Source: Bacilli bacterium
GTDB taxonomy: Bacteria > Bacillota_I > Bacilli_A > RFN20 > CAG-826
Direction: 5' to 3'
NCBI GenBank assembly: GCA_016296775.1
Contig: JAEDIE010000003.1
Span: 127-64,126 of the forward strand
DNA length: 64,000 nucleotides
Both the position numbers and the translations under genes were made by a program. Under the pieces are notes generated by a model that did not search any database, had not been told where the DNA came from, and saw only the letters and a list, made by a program, of their open reading frames with translations. Below are positions 1-9,748 of the stretch, piece after piece (within the stretch, counting starts at the first letter, position 1; the number at the start of each line of letters is the position of its first letter).

Positions 1-16
1 TTTAGATAAAGATGAA

Positions 17-664
17 ATGAAAATTAGAAAATATATGAATAAAAAAGTAAATTCATTAGCTTCTTTATACCCTGAAATAGCAAAAGAATGGGATTATGAT
101 AAAAATGAAGGTTTTACTCCTCAACAAATTACTCCTGGAAGCAGCACTTCAGTTTTTTGGAAGTGTAGTAAATGTAAACATGTATGGAAAACATCTGTTT
201 CTCATAGAGTTCAGGGAACAGGTTGCCCGGAATGCTCTAAAAAAAGAAGAGATTTCGGAGGTTATGCTGAATCGAAAAGGATATATCAGTATTCTCTTGC
301 TGGGGTTTTAATTGGAGAATTCGAATCTATTAGCGAAGCTGGAAGATATTTAAAAATTAATACGTCTAATATATGTATGTGTGCTAAACATATTCGCCCT
401 AATGCAGGCGGTTTTAGATGGGAATATGAAAAATATGATAAGTTAGAACCTATTATAAAGGAAGAAAAGAAGTGTTTACTTAATAGGAATGGTAAACCTG
501 TTTTACAACTTGATGATAAAGGTAATGTAATAAGAAGGTATGATTCTATGAGTGAAGCGGGGAGAGTTTTGAAGAAACATTCTTCAGGTATTACAAGAGT
601 ATTAAAAGGGGAGAGTAAAACATTTGCGGGCTATTTTTGGAAATTAGATAATGATAAAAATTAG
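17..664 (+). CDS. Zinc-ribbon plus two NUMOD1/IENR1-like DNA-binding modules (homing-endonuclease-type DNA-binding protein, no nuclease domain visible)
   Basis: N-terminus has a LYPEIAKEWDYDKN...WKCSKCKHVW...GCPECS treble-clef zinc ribbon. Two repeats follow, of the type (Y/L)Q..--G..I..(F/Y)(E/D)S(I/M)SEAGR.L.......I......agGF.W, typical of NUMOD1/IENR1 modules. The reading frame is open back to nt 2, so the gene may be 5'-truncated by the window edge. Confidence 0.6.
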   Translation: MKIRKYMNKKVNSLASLYPEIAKEWDYDKNEGFTPQQITPGSSTSVFWKCSKCKHVWKTSVSHRVQGTGCPECSKKRRDFGGYAESKRIYQYSLAGVLIGEFESISEAGRYLKINTSNICMCAKHIRPNAGGFRWEYEKYDKLEPIIKEEKKCLLNRNGKPVLQLDDKGNVIRRYDSMSEAGRVLKKHSSGITRVLKGESKTFAGYFWKLDNDKN

Positions 665-735
665 TTTTTTATGTTTCATTTATCTACAAAACTAATTATG
701 ATAAATTATTAAAGAATAGGAGGGCCTTTCAAAAT

Positions 736-2157
736 ATGAAAAAAGCATACTTATTACCATTTATATTATTCCCATTATTAAGTGCATGTTCTTTAGATGG
801 AACTTCAAATGGTGGAGAAAATAATAATGATAATAATACACAAGATAGTGGATCTTCATCTTTAACTTACGAAAGAATATTTAATCCTTCTAGTAAAATT
901 GATATCGAATTAAATTTTAAAAATAAAGCTATCTATAGCTTAGAAAAATATGGAACTAGTGGAGATTTTAATAAAGAAGAAATTTATCATCCTTGTGATG
1001 TAAAAATTCAAATTGATGATGATAAATATACTTTTGCTGAAGTTGGAGCAAAAATGAAGGGTAATACTTCAAGATACGACAATTTTATCGATGAAAATGG
1101 TAAATTTATTGATAGAGAAAGATTATGTCATTTTAAATTAGCTTTTGATAAAACTTTTAATTCTTCAAGTGTTAATGATTATTATTCAAAAGATTATACT
1201 GCTGATGAGATTAAAGAAAGAGATGCTAGGAGAATAGCTTCTATGAAGAAAATAGATTTAAAGTGGAACAAGAACTATGATTCTTCATTTACAAAAGAAA
1301 TTTATGCTTTAGATTGTTTTGCTAAAGAAGGAGTTGCTGCTCAAAAGGCTAATCTAATTAATTTAACCATTAAAAGTGAGAGTGATTCTATCACTATGCC
1401 ATATATCTTATTTGAAGTCGTTGATAAAACAATGCTTAAAAGAAATTTTACCGATAATAAAGGTGATTTATATAAATGTACATATACAAATATTTCACCT
1501 GCAGACTTATCAAGTGTAGAAAGCAATAAATTTGGTATTGAAGCAGCAAATTATAAACCACCATATGACTTAAAAACTAACGAAGATACTTCTGATTTTA
1601 GTGTAATTAAGAATTTTATAACTAAAACTTCAACAAGAAATGTCAGTGCATCTGATATCAAACCAGTTATCGATTCAGTTCTTAATGTTGATAATTTCTT
1701 AAAGTTTGCTGCAATGAGTTGGGTTGTAGGATCACCAGATGATTATAGAAATAACTATAATAATTATTATATGTATTTTGATTCGAAGACAAATTTAGCT
1801 TACTTTATTCCATACGATAACGATAGAGTTTTTGGAATTTTAAAAGATTGGCCAATTGATACTTCTAGACAAGCTTGTGATAGTGATAGATTAAATGGAA
1901 CTGCTTCAGGTGGCGGATGTAGTATGCCAATTGTAAGAAGGTTGTTAGTTAGTGGATCTTCAAGTAGACCTGTTATTAGTGAATATCAAACCAAGTTTAA
2001 AAAGTATTGTAAAGATTTTGCAAATAAATATTTAAATGAAGAAAAATTCAAAGCTTTTACAAACCAATTTTATTATTCTTCAAAAGTTATTGATAATTCA
2101 AACTCAAATATGAGTTTTAAAGAATATGCTATAAACAAATTAGGAACCTTAAACTAA
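736..2157 (+). CDS. CotH kinase family lipoprotein
   Basis: Lipobox LLSAC at the N-terminus. The CotH-like core NNYNNYYMYFDSKTNLAYFIPYDNDRVFG resembles the NYY.Y.D...W..IPWD.D..FG signature. RBS AGGAGG lies upstream. Confidence 0.7.
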   Translation: MKKAYLLPFILFPLLSACSLDGTSNGGENNNDNNTQDSGSSSLTYERIFNPSSKIDIELNFKNKAIYSLEKYGTSGDFNKEEIYHPCDVKIQIDDDKYTFAEVGAKMKGNTSRYDNFIDENGKFIDRERLCHFKLAFDKTFNSSSVNDYYSKDYTADEIKERDARRIASMKKIDLKWNKNYDSSFTKEIYALDCFAKEGVAAQKANLINLTIKSESDSITMPYILFEVVDKTMLKRNFTDNKGDLYKCTYTNISPADLSSVESNKFGIEAANYKPPYDLKTNEDTSDFSVIKNFITKTSTRNVSASDIKPVIDSVLNVDNFLKFAAMSWVVGSPDDYRNNYNNYYMYFDSKTNLAYFIPYDNDRVFGILKDWPIDTSRQACDSDRLNGTASGGGCSMPIVRRLLVSGSSSRPVISEYQTKFKKYCKDFANKYLNEEKFKAFTNQFYYSSKVIDNSNSNMSFKEYAINKLGTLN

Positions 2158-2612
2158 AAGTTAATTGAACTTGATAATACATTAAACTCAAATTGAGTTA
2201 TACTATTTTTGTTTTGAATAGAAAATACTAAGTAATTCAATGTATCTTTATAATAATTTCTATCTAAACTATTTTTTAAAAATATATCTTTAATACTTAT
2301 AGTTGGTAAAAAATATATGTTTTTCCCATCTATTTTGTATGTGTAGTAACTATTAACATCAAATCTATATAGTTCTGTATTTGTCTTAAAAGATAATGAA
2401 ACTTTATCAATTGCTTCATTGTTAAGAAAAGAAAGAATGTATTGCTCATTGACTATTAATTTGTCTTCTTTAATTTCAGCATTATTCAAAAGAAGTGGAA
2501 TTTCATTATGTTTTTTAGAGATTGGATGAGTAAATAGATAGAAAATTAGGATACATATTAGGACAATTAGTATTACTATTCCATCTACAATTAATACCTT
2601 TTTGAGTTTCAA
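2154..2612 (-). CDS. Hypothetical membrane-anchored protein
   Basis: Single N-terminal TM helix (VDGIVILIVLICILIFYLF). ATGA overlap with the upstream gene 2609..3559. No recognisable motif. Confidence 0.55.
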   Translation of the reverse strand: MKLKKVLIVDGIVILIVLICILIFYLFTHPISKKHNEIPLLLNNAEIKEDKLIVNEQYILSFLNNEAIDKVSLSFKTNTELYRFDVNSYYTYKIDGKNIYFLPTISIKDIFLKNSLDRNYYKDTLNYLVFSIQNKNSITQFEFNVLSSSINF

Positions 2613-3559
2613 AATATAATAGAACTATTACTTAAGGAAATGCCTGTTACATCTTTAAGCTTAAGCTTTAAAGATTGAGTTTCAGTAAGTAATAGTTTTT
2701 CTCCTTCAAATAGTCTTCCTCTAAATATGAAATTTTGTTCTTTAAGATGTGCTACATATAATTCTTTTTCTTCAATGTATTCGTTTCCTAAAAATATATC
2801 GGCTTCAAGATCGTTTTTGATATTGTTCATTAAAATAGTTGTTGAAAATGTTGAGGTATTATTTAGTAATCCTGTTAAATAATTTACTACACAATTATAG
2901 TTAATCGTTTTTCCTGTACCATCGTAAGGAATAGTGTTGTATCCTGGTTCACCATTTTCAGGATAAATATCTACATTCATTTTTAAATTAGAATACTCTT
3001 TGTCAAGTGAATATATTGGAGAATAGTTTACAGAATAACTACTCTTAACATAATCTCCCTCACTTATAAAAGAGTTAACCCCACTTAAACCATAATTTAT
3101 ATAAAAATCTGTAGAAACAACCTTCTTTTCATAGTCAATTGTACATGATGCTTTGATATCTGGATAGTTTGTTGAGCTACAAGTTATAACGATTTGTTCG
3201 CCAAAAGCTTGAAGCAATTTTATATTACAAATTGTTAGATCATTACTATCTACAGTTAATTTTAAATATTCATTAACATTTTTTCCATTTGCCCATTCAC
3301 TTGAAGGATCTTTAAATGTAGATGACCATTCAACAGATTTGTTGAAGTTATATTCAGGATATACAGTAGCAATTAGTTTATATTCTGTATCGCTAATTTT
3401 CTCACTTTTAATATTGTTGTTTTTGATAATTAATGGAGAATTATTGTCTTCTTCAACATTATTTTTGTTTGATGTAGATAAAGCTATACATCCTCCTATT
3501 GTTAATAAACAACCAACGCAAGCTAAACTTATACATAGTATTTTTGTTCTTTTTTTCAT
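2609..3559 (-). CDS. Hypothetical membrane-anchored or lipoprotein, possibly with an Ig-like (Big_2-like) domain
   Basis: Signal/lipobox-like ISLACVGCLLTIGGC. The segment LIATVYPEYNFNKSVEWSS...ITCSS resembles bacterial Ig-like group 2 domains (weak). Confidence 0.55.
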   Translation of the reverse strand: MKKRTKILCISLACVGCLLTIGGCIALSTSNKNNVEEDNNSPLIIKNNNIKSEKISDTEYKLIATVYPEYNFNKSVEWSSTFKDPSSEWANGKNVNEYLKLTVDSNDLTICNIKLLQAFGEQIVITCSSTNYPDIKASCTIDYEKKVVSTDFYINYGLSGVNSFISEGDYVKSSYSVNYSPIYSLDKEYSNLKMNVDIYPENGEPGYNTIPYDGTGKTINYNCVVNYLTGLLNNTSTFSTTILMNNIKNDLEADIFLGNEYIEEKELYVAHLKEQNFIFRGRLFEGEKLLLTETQSLKLKLKDVTGISLSNSSIIF

Positions 3560-3706
3560 AATTTTTTACCTCTTTATATACAAGACGCTAAAAAATGAAA
3601 ATTTTAAACCATAAAACTTAAAATAATCGTAAAATCTTAATTAATTTGTCTTTTATTCATTAGATATTTATAATATAAATATCATGAATAATGGGAGGTA
3701 TATTCT

Positions 3707-4597
3707 ATGTTTAAAATTATTGCTGATTCAACTAGCGATTTATCATTAGAATTAAGAAATAAATACAATCTTGATTATTGCCAAATGGGAATTACATGTG
3801 ATGATAAAGAGTATGTAGCTGATTTAGATTACAAAGAATATAGTGCTAAAGAATTATATGATTGGATGAGAAATGGTAAAAGAGTTTTTACATCTCAAGT
3901 ATCTGATAATGAATTTAGAAGAGTATTTACAAAATATTTAGACCAAGGAATTGATGTTTTATATATTGCTTGTAGTAGTGCATTAAGTGCTTCATATCTT
4001 GCTTCTTTAAAAGTAAGAGATGAATTACTTGCTTTATATCCAGAAAGAAAAATTGTTTGTATTGATTCAAAGATTTCTTGTATTGGACAAGGAATGATTT
4101 GTATTGAAGCTAGTAAACTTAGAGATAAAGGAATGACTTTAGAAGAAGTAGTTGAATGGATTGAAGCTAATAAATTAAAGTTTAATCAATTTGCAACTGT
4201 TGATAGCTTAGAATATTTAAGAAGAGCTGGTAGAGTCAAAGCTTCTAAAGCTTTTTTTGGTAATTTATTTGGTGTTAAACCATTATTAATTAGTGATGTT
4301 AAGGGTAGAAATTTTGCTTTCAAAAAGGCTAAAGGCAAAGTTAAAGCAATTAATGAATTAGTTGATTTAGCAATTGAAGCAATGGATGGAAATTATTCTC
4401 AAACTGTTTATATTGGACATGCTGATTCTCTTGATGAAGCATTATTAATTAAAGAAAAATTACACGAAAAAGTACCTGAAATTACTAATTTTGAAATTGG
4501 TTTTATTGGTCCAATTGTTGGTGCATCAACAGGCCCTGGAACATTAGGTATTTTTGTTTTTGGTAAAGAAGTAACATTAGACGAAGAAAGCGAGTAG
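3707..4597 (+). CDS. DegV family fatty-acid-binding protein (FakB-like), paralogue 1
   Basis: Typical DegV start KIIADSTSDL, plus TSQVS, LEYLRRAGRV and GPGTLGIF motifs. GGAGG RBS. Immediately upstream of fakA. Confidence 0.9.
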   Translation: MFKIIADSTSDLSLELRNKYNLDYCQMGITCDDKEYVADLDYKEYSAKELYDWMRNGKRVFTSQVSDNEFRRVFTKYLDQGIDVLYIACSSALSASYLASLKVRDELLALYPERKIVCIDSKISCIGQGMICIEASKLRDKGMTLEEVVEWIEANKLKFNQFATVDSLEYLRRAGRVKASKAFFGNLFGVKPLLISDVKGRNFAFKKAKGKVKAINELVDLAIEAMDGNYSQTVYIGHADSLDEALLIKEKLHEKVPEITNFEIGFIGPIVGASTGPGTLGIFVFGKEVTLDEESE

Positions 4598-4602
4598 TTT
4601 TT

Positions 4603-6258
4603 ATGGTTTATACAAGCGTTGATGGTTCCCTTTTCAAGGGTATAGTTTTAAATGGCTATAATAATTTAATTAAAGATATGGTTGAGATTAATAATCTCAA
4701 CGTATTCCCTGTTCCAGATGGTGATACTGGAACAAATATGAAGAAAACTCTTGAAAACGGAATTAATAATATTACTTTCAACAATGAAGAAGAAAAAATT
4801 GGTGAAGTAAGTAATTTACTTGCTAAAGGTATGTTACTTGGAGCAAGAGGAAATAGTGGAGTTATTCTTTCTCAATATTTTAAAGGTATTGCAAAATACT
4901 TAATTAATAAAGATATAGCTAGTGTTAATGATATGGTTGAAGCATTCACTGAAGGTTATAGAACAGCCTACAATGCAGTAGTTACTCCAACCGAAGGAAC
5001 AATTTTAACTGTGGCTAGAGAAGGAATTGAACTTATAAAAAATAAGATTAATGAAAATACAACTTTTAATGAATTATTAGATTTAATGTATAAAAGAATG
5101 GAACAATCACTTGAAGAAACACCTGAAAAGCTATTTGTATTAAAAGAAGCTGGCGTTGTAGATAGTGGTGGAGCTGGATTAATCTCTATTTTTAAAGGTA
5201 TGATAGCTTATTTAAATGGAGAAAAAATTGATGCAGATAATAAAGATAATAATTCAAATACTGTAAAATTTGATCCAAGTTTATTTAATGCTGATAGCGA
5301 ATTAACATATGGCTATTGCACCGAATTTATTCTTCAATTATTGAATAAAAAATGTAATCCTGAAGAAGTAAAAATTGATGATTTTATTGGTTATCTTTCT
5401 ACAATTGGAGATTCAATTGTTGCTATTAAAGAAAACGATATTATTAAAATTCATGTACATACAAAAACCCCATCAAAAGCAATTGAATTTGCTCAAAAGT
5501 ATGGTGAATTCATCACTTTTAAGTTGGAAAATATGGCAATTCAAAACAATGAAGTTAACCAAAGAAAAGGAATTAAAAAAGTAAAAGTACATAAGAAAAC
5601 AGCTTATGTTTCTGTAGCTAATGGTGATGGAGTCCAAGAAACATTTAAAGAACTTAATTGTGATGAAGTTTTAAATGGTGGACAAACCATGAATACTAGT
5701 TGTGAAGAATTTATTGATGCTTTTAAAGAAATTGATGCAGAAAACATTATTGTTTTACCAAATAATAAGAATATTGTTATGGCAGCAAATCAAGCTAAAG
5801 AAATGTATAAAGATGCTTCAGTTTTTGTTATTCCAACTCGTAGTATTGCTGAAGGTTATTATTCTTTATCAATGATGATTGATCCAAATGCAGATATTGA
5901 AGATCAAGTAGGTTCAATGAGCGATGGTTTAGAAGATTTCATTACTGCTGAAGTTACTTATTCAATTAGAGATACAGTTGTTAATGGATTAGAAATTAAA
6001 AAAGGAAATTACATTGGAATTGTTAATAATAAGTTAGTTACTACACATACTTCAGTATTAGAATGTTTAAAAGATATGATTGATTCAATTGAAGATTTTG
6101 ATGAAAAATCAATCGTTACCATTTTTGTTGGTCAAAGTGCTGATGGGAATGATGCTATTGAATTAAAGAAATATATTCAATCAAAGAATAAATACGTTGA
6201 TATAGGAATTATTAGTGGTAAACAAGATGTTTACGACTTTATATTAGGAATTTGCTAA
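4603..6258 (+). CDS. fakA: Fatty acid kinase catalytic subunit FakA (DAK2 domain fusion protein YloV family)
   Basis: N-terminal DhaL/DAK2 motifs NVFPVPDGDTGTNM and GARGNSGVILSQ. About 550 aa with a C-terminal YloV-type domain. Sits between degV and plsX. Confidence 0.85.
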   Translation: MVYTSVDGSLFKGIVLNGYNNLIKDMVEINNLNVFPVPDGDTGTNMKKTLENGINNITFNNEEEKIGEVSNLLAKGMLLGARGNSGVILSQYFKGIAKYLINKDIASVNDMVEAFTEGYRTAYNAVVTPTEGTILTVAREGIELIKNKINENTTFNELLDLMYKRMEQSLEETPEKLFVLKEAGVVDSGGAGLISIFKGMIAYLNGEKIDADNKDNNSNTVKFDPSLFNADSELTYGYCTEFILQLLNKKCNPEEVKIDDFIGYLSTIGDSIVAIKENDIIKIHVHTKTPSKAIEFAQKYGEFITFKLENMAIQNNEVNQRKGIKKVKVHKKTAYVSVANGDGVQETFKELNCDEVLNGGQTMNTSCEEFIDAFKEIDAENIIVLPNNKNIVMAANQAKEMYKDASVFVIPTRSIAEGYYSLSMMIDPNADIEDQVGSMSDGLEDFITAEVTYSIRDTVVNGLEIKKGNYIGIVNNKLVTTHTSVLECLKDMIDSIEDFDEKSIVTIFVGQSADGNDAIELKKYIQSKNKYVDIGIISGKQDVYDFILGIC

Positions 6259-7205
6259 TGAAAAAAGTAATTATTGATTTAAATTCTAGTGAAACTAATT
6301 ATGAAGAGTTCTTATTAGGTATTGAAGAATTCTTAAAAACTAATACTAAATATAGAATTGTTTTAGTTGGAAATACATTACAAGCTAAACACATTTTATC
6401 TTCTAGAAATGTAGCTTTTTCATATATAGATTTTTATGATGTGAAAGAAACCTTATTAGATGAAGATAATCCTACTTTAGTATTAAAAGAAAAGAAAAAT
6501 ACTAGTTTAGTTAAATCAATTGAATTACTTAAAAAAGATGATGAAGCTATTGGATTAGTATCAGCTGGTCCAACTGGAGGATTATTAATTTCATCGATAT
6601 TCCATTTAGGATTAATGAAGGGTTTAAAAACCCCTTGTTTATCTAGTGTTTTATATTCATTTGATAAAAAGCCATTTATTTTAGTAGATTGTGGGGCAAA
6701 TTTAGAATTAGATGTAAATACATATGTTAAATTTGGAGAAATAAACTCAAAATATGCTTCAGCTTTATGTTCTTCCTATCCTCGTGTTGCTTTGCTTAAT
6801 GTTGGCAAAGAAAGTAGAAAAGGCAATGCAATTTTAAAAAATGCTTATGAAGCTTTACAAAATGATCAAAATATAAATTTTGTTGGAAATATTGAAGGTT
6901 TTGATATCTTTTTAAATAAAGCTGATGTAGTTTTAACTGATGGAATTACTGGAAATATTGTTTTAAAACTTGCTGAAAGTATGGCTCATGGAATTCAAGA
7001 TATGTATACACCTTTAATTAAAGAAGAAAAGAGAAAAGACGTTGATAAATTTATTGAAGATAATTTTTACTATTCTTCAAAAGGTGGAGCAATGTTACTT
7101 GGAGCTAAAAAACCAATTATTAAATTACATGGTAAAAGCCAAGCTAGTGCTGTAACTATTTGTATAAATAGACTTATTGAAATTAATGAAGGTTTATCTG
7201 ATTAA
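6258..7205 (+). CDS. plsX: Phosphate acyltransferase PlsX
   Basis: Motifs GPTGGLL, VDCGAN, NIEG and TDGITGNIVLK. The ATG at 6258 overlaps the fakA stop (TAATG). The ORF-track start at 6252 is a TTG. Confidence 0.9.
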   Translation: MKKVIIDLNSSETNYEEFLLGIEEFLKTNTKYRIVLVGNTLQAKHILSSRNVAFSYIDFYDVKETLLDEDNPTLVLKEKKNTSLVKSIELLKKDDEAIGLVSAGPTGGLLISSIFHLGLMKGLKTPCLSSVLYSFDKKPFILVDCGANLELDVNTYVKFGEINSKYASALCSSYPRVALLNVGKESRKGNAILKNAYEALQNDQNINFVGNIEGFDIFLNKADVVLTDGITGNIVLKLAESMAHGIQDMYTPLIKEEKRKDVDKFIEDNFYYSSKGGAMLLGAKKPIIKLHGKSQASAVTICINRLIEINEGLSD

Positions 7206-7822
7206 TGGAACAAGATTTAAAAGTATATTTACTAAAAATAGATAGATCTATACCAAAAAATGCCTTAAAAGAATTTCTAAATATCTCAATTGTTAATCAT
7301 TGTTTAAAATATAAATTAGAGCAAAAACAATATGAATCCCTGTATGGTTTTTACATTTTAAGGAAATTATATTTAAAGTTATACAATATTGATATTAATA
7401 ACTTTATATTGGAAGAAAATTTATTTGGTAAACCTTATTTTAATTCATTATATTTTAATATTTCAAATTCAATGGGATATTTAGCAATAGCAATTTCCTC
7501 AAAACAAGTGGGAATTGATATTGAATTTTTATATAATTTTAAAAAAGATAAAGCTTTTGAAAGAATGATTTTATCTTCAAAAGAATTAAAAGAATTTAAT
7601 AAAACCGATGATAAAAATTTATATTTATTAACTAAATGGTGTCAAAAAGAAAGTTATTTTAAATATATTGGAAAAGGAATAAATTTTCCTTTATTAAAAA
7701 CAAATATTAGAAAAGAAGGCTATTTTAAATACTTTAATTTAAATAATGATTTGGCATGTGTTTATGTTTATACTAAACATAAAGTAAATGAATTTAAGGT
7801 TGAATTAAATTATAATGAGTAA
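7205..7822 (+). CDS. 4'-phosphopantetheinyl transferase, Sfp-type
   Basis: GKPYF...FNISNS (variant of FN.SHS), VGIDIE, and W..KESYFKYIGKG motifs. TAATG overlap with plsX. Confidence 0.7.
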   Translation: MEQDLKVYLLKIDRSIPKNALKEFLNISIVNHCLKYKLEQKQYESLYGFYILRKLYLKLYNIDINNFILEENLFGKPYFNSLYFNISNSMGYLAIAISSKQVGIDIEFLYNFKKDKAFERMILSSKELKEFNKTDDKNLYLLTKWCQKESYFKYIGKGINFPLLKTNIRKEGYFKYFNLNNDLACVYVYTKHKVNEFKVELNYNE

Positions 7823-7825
7823 TAT

Positions 7826-9748
7826 ATGAAAGAGAATATAAATAAATTAGTTAAAGAAAGAGATAGGATGTTAAATAATTCAAAAGATTTTGAATCCTTA
7901 TTTAGCATCATTTTCCATCAAAAAGACAAAATTGCTTGTGAATATATATTTAATCACCAAATTCAACAAGTTACATTCCTAGAATTAGAACAAAAAATAG
8001 ATAATTTTGCATTTTCTTTAAATAAAAAATATCCATTTCTTCAAAATGAAATTATTGGAATATATTTTGAAACTAATATAAATTGGTTAGTTTCTTTTTG
8101 GGGAATATTAAAAAGTGGAAATATACCTTATTTAATTAATTTAAAACAACCATCTTCATTAATTAATGATTCTTTTAATTTAATTAATTGTAAGTATTAT
8201 GTTTCGTCTAAAGATCAAAATATTAATTGTTCATTTATTAATTTTTATGATTTAAATCTTCAAAAAGAAGCTGGATTTACATATAAATTTGCTGATGAAA
8301 TAATTCTTTCAAGTAGTGGAACAAACATGAAGTCTAAGTTATGTTTTTATTCAGGAGAACATATTATTAATCAACTTTTATGTTATAAAGAATTATATAA
8401 AGGAAATAAATTATTAAAGAAACATTATAAAGGTAAACTTAAACTTTTAGCCTTTATTCCTTTTTATCATATATTTGGTCTTATTGCTTCATATTTATGG
8501 TATGCTATCTTTTCACGTACAGTTGTATTTATTGAAAACTTAAGCAGCGAATGTATTATTAATACTATCCAAAAATGTGAAGTTACTCATATTTTTTCTG
8601 TTCCATTATTTTTTGAAACAGTAGAAAAAGAAGTATATAAAGCAATTAAAGTTCAACCAGAAAAAACAAAGAAAAAACTTAAAAAAGGTATGAAAATAGC
8701 TACTATTTTACAAAAAATTAATCCTATTTCAGGTTTGAATTTATCAAGAAAAATGTTTAAACAAATTAACAATTCTTTATTTGGAAATAGTGTTCAAGTA
8801 ATGATTAGTGGAGGAGGATTTATTAAAGATTCTACACTCCAATTATTTAATCTTTTAGGATATCCTTTAGTTAATGGATACGGTTTAACTGAACAAGGAA
8901 TCGTATGTTTAAATAATGCATATAACTTTAATAAAAGAATTGAAAACACAATAGGTAAACCATTTTCAAATGTAACTTTTATAATTAATGAAAATAATGA
9001 ATTAATTATTAAATCTAATTGCGGAGCTTACAAAATCATTGAAGAAGGTTTGATAATTGAAAATATAAATGAATTTAACACTCATGATTTAGTTAAAATT
9101 AAAGATGGAAACTATTACATTTTAGGAAGAGAGTCAGATTTAATAATTGAAAGTAGTGGAGAAAACATTAATCCTAATTTAATTGAACAAAAACTAGATC
9201 TTAAAAATGTAATTGATTTTTCTGTTTTAGGATTAGAATTTGAAGAAAAAGAAGTTCTTTCTATTGTCATAGAAATATCAAAATTAACTTTATCAAAACA
9301 TATAGAAGACATTTTGTTATGTATAGAAAATTATAATAAAGAAGCCACATTTACATATCAAATTAAGAAAATTTTATTTACAAACGATCCTATTAAAGCA
9401 CCAAATGCTATTAAAGTTAGTAGAAAATATTTAAAGAAATTAATTAAAGAAAAACAAATAACAGTTTTTAATTCATCTTCATTTAAAGAAAATAAAAATA
9501 ATGATGAAGAAATTAATTTAGAAATTTTAAATAATATTAAAAAAATAATAGCTAAAGAAATAGACATTGAAATTAATAAAATAGGCGATGAATCAAATAT
9601 TATTTTTGATTTAAATGCTAATAGTATTGAATATATTTCAATAGTTAGTGAAATCAATAAAGAGTATGGAATTGATATGAAATTTGATGATGAATCAAGT
9701 TTTTATACACCAAAAGAACTAGCTAAAAAGGTAATATCTTTATTATGA
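7826..9748 (+). CDS. Adenylate-forming enzyme (acyl-CoA/acyl-ACP synthetase-like) fused to a C-terminal carrier-protein (PP-binding) domain
   Basis: Divergent AMP-binding core: SSGTNMKSK (A3-like), NGYGLTE (A5), GRESDLIIESSGENINPNLIE (A8). The C-terminal 80 aa look like an ACP with DLNANSIEY in place of DLG.DS. Confidence 0.75.
   Translation: MKENINKLVKERDRMLNNSKDFESLFSIIFHQKDKIACEYIFNHQIQQVTFLELEQKIDNFAFSLNKKYPFLQNEIIGIYFETNINWLVSFWGILKSGNIPYLINLKQPSSLINDSFNLINCKYYVSSKDQNINCSFINFYDLNLQKEAGFTYKFADEIILSSSGTNMKSKLCFYSGEHIINQLLCYKELYKGNKLLKKHYKGKLKLLAFIPFYHIFGLIASYLWYAIFSRTVVFIENLSSECIINTIQKCEVTHIFSVPLFFETVEKEVYKAIKVQPEKTKKKLKKGMKIATILQKINPISGLNLSRKMFKQINNSLFGNSVQVMISGGGFIKDSTLQLFNLLGYPLVNGYGLTEQGIVCLNNAYNFNKRIENTIGKPFSNVTFIINENNELIIKSNCGAYKIIEEGLIIENINEFNTHDLVKIKDGNYYILGRESDLIIESSGENINPNLIEQKLDLKNVIDFSVLGLEFEEKEVLSIVIEISKLTLSKHIEDILLCIENYNKEATFTYQIKKILFTNDPIKAPNAIKVSRKYLKKLIKEKQITVFNSSSFKENKNNDEEINLEILNNIKKIIAKEIDIEINKIGDESNIIFDLNANSIEYISIVSEINKEYGIDMKFDDESSFYTPKELAKKVISLL

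Noticed and set aside
96-311. 71-aa ORF in an alternative frame inside the zinc-ribbon/NUMOD gene
   Set aside because: It lies entirely within a longer ORF that has clear domain signatures. It has no RBS and a low-complexity composition.
1341-1526. 61-aa antisense ORF inside the CotH gene. The same applies to 3339..3614, 5375..5584, 9115..9312 and 9358..9657.
   Set aside because: These are shadow ORFs on the opposite strand or in an alternative frame of well-supported genes. Their I/L/F/S-rich composition is typical of AT-rich antisense translation, and they have no RBS.
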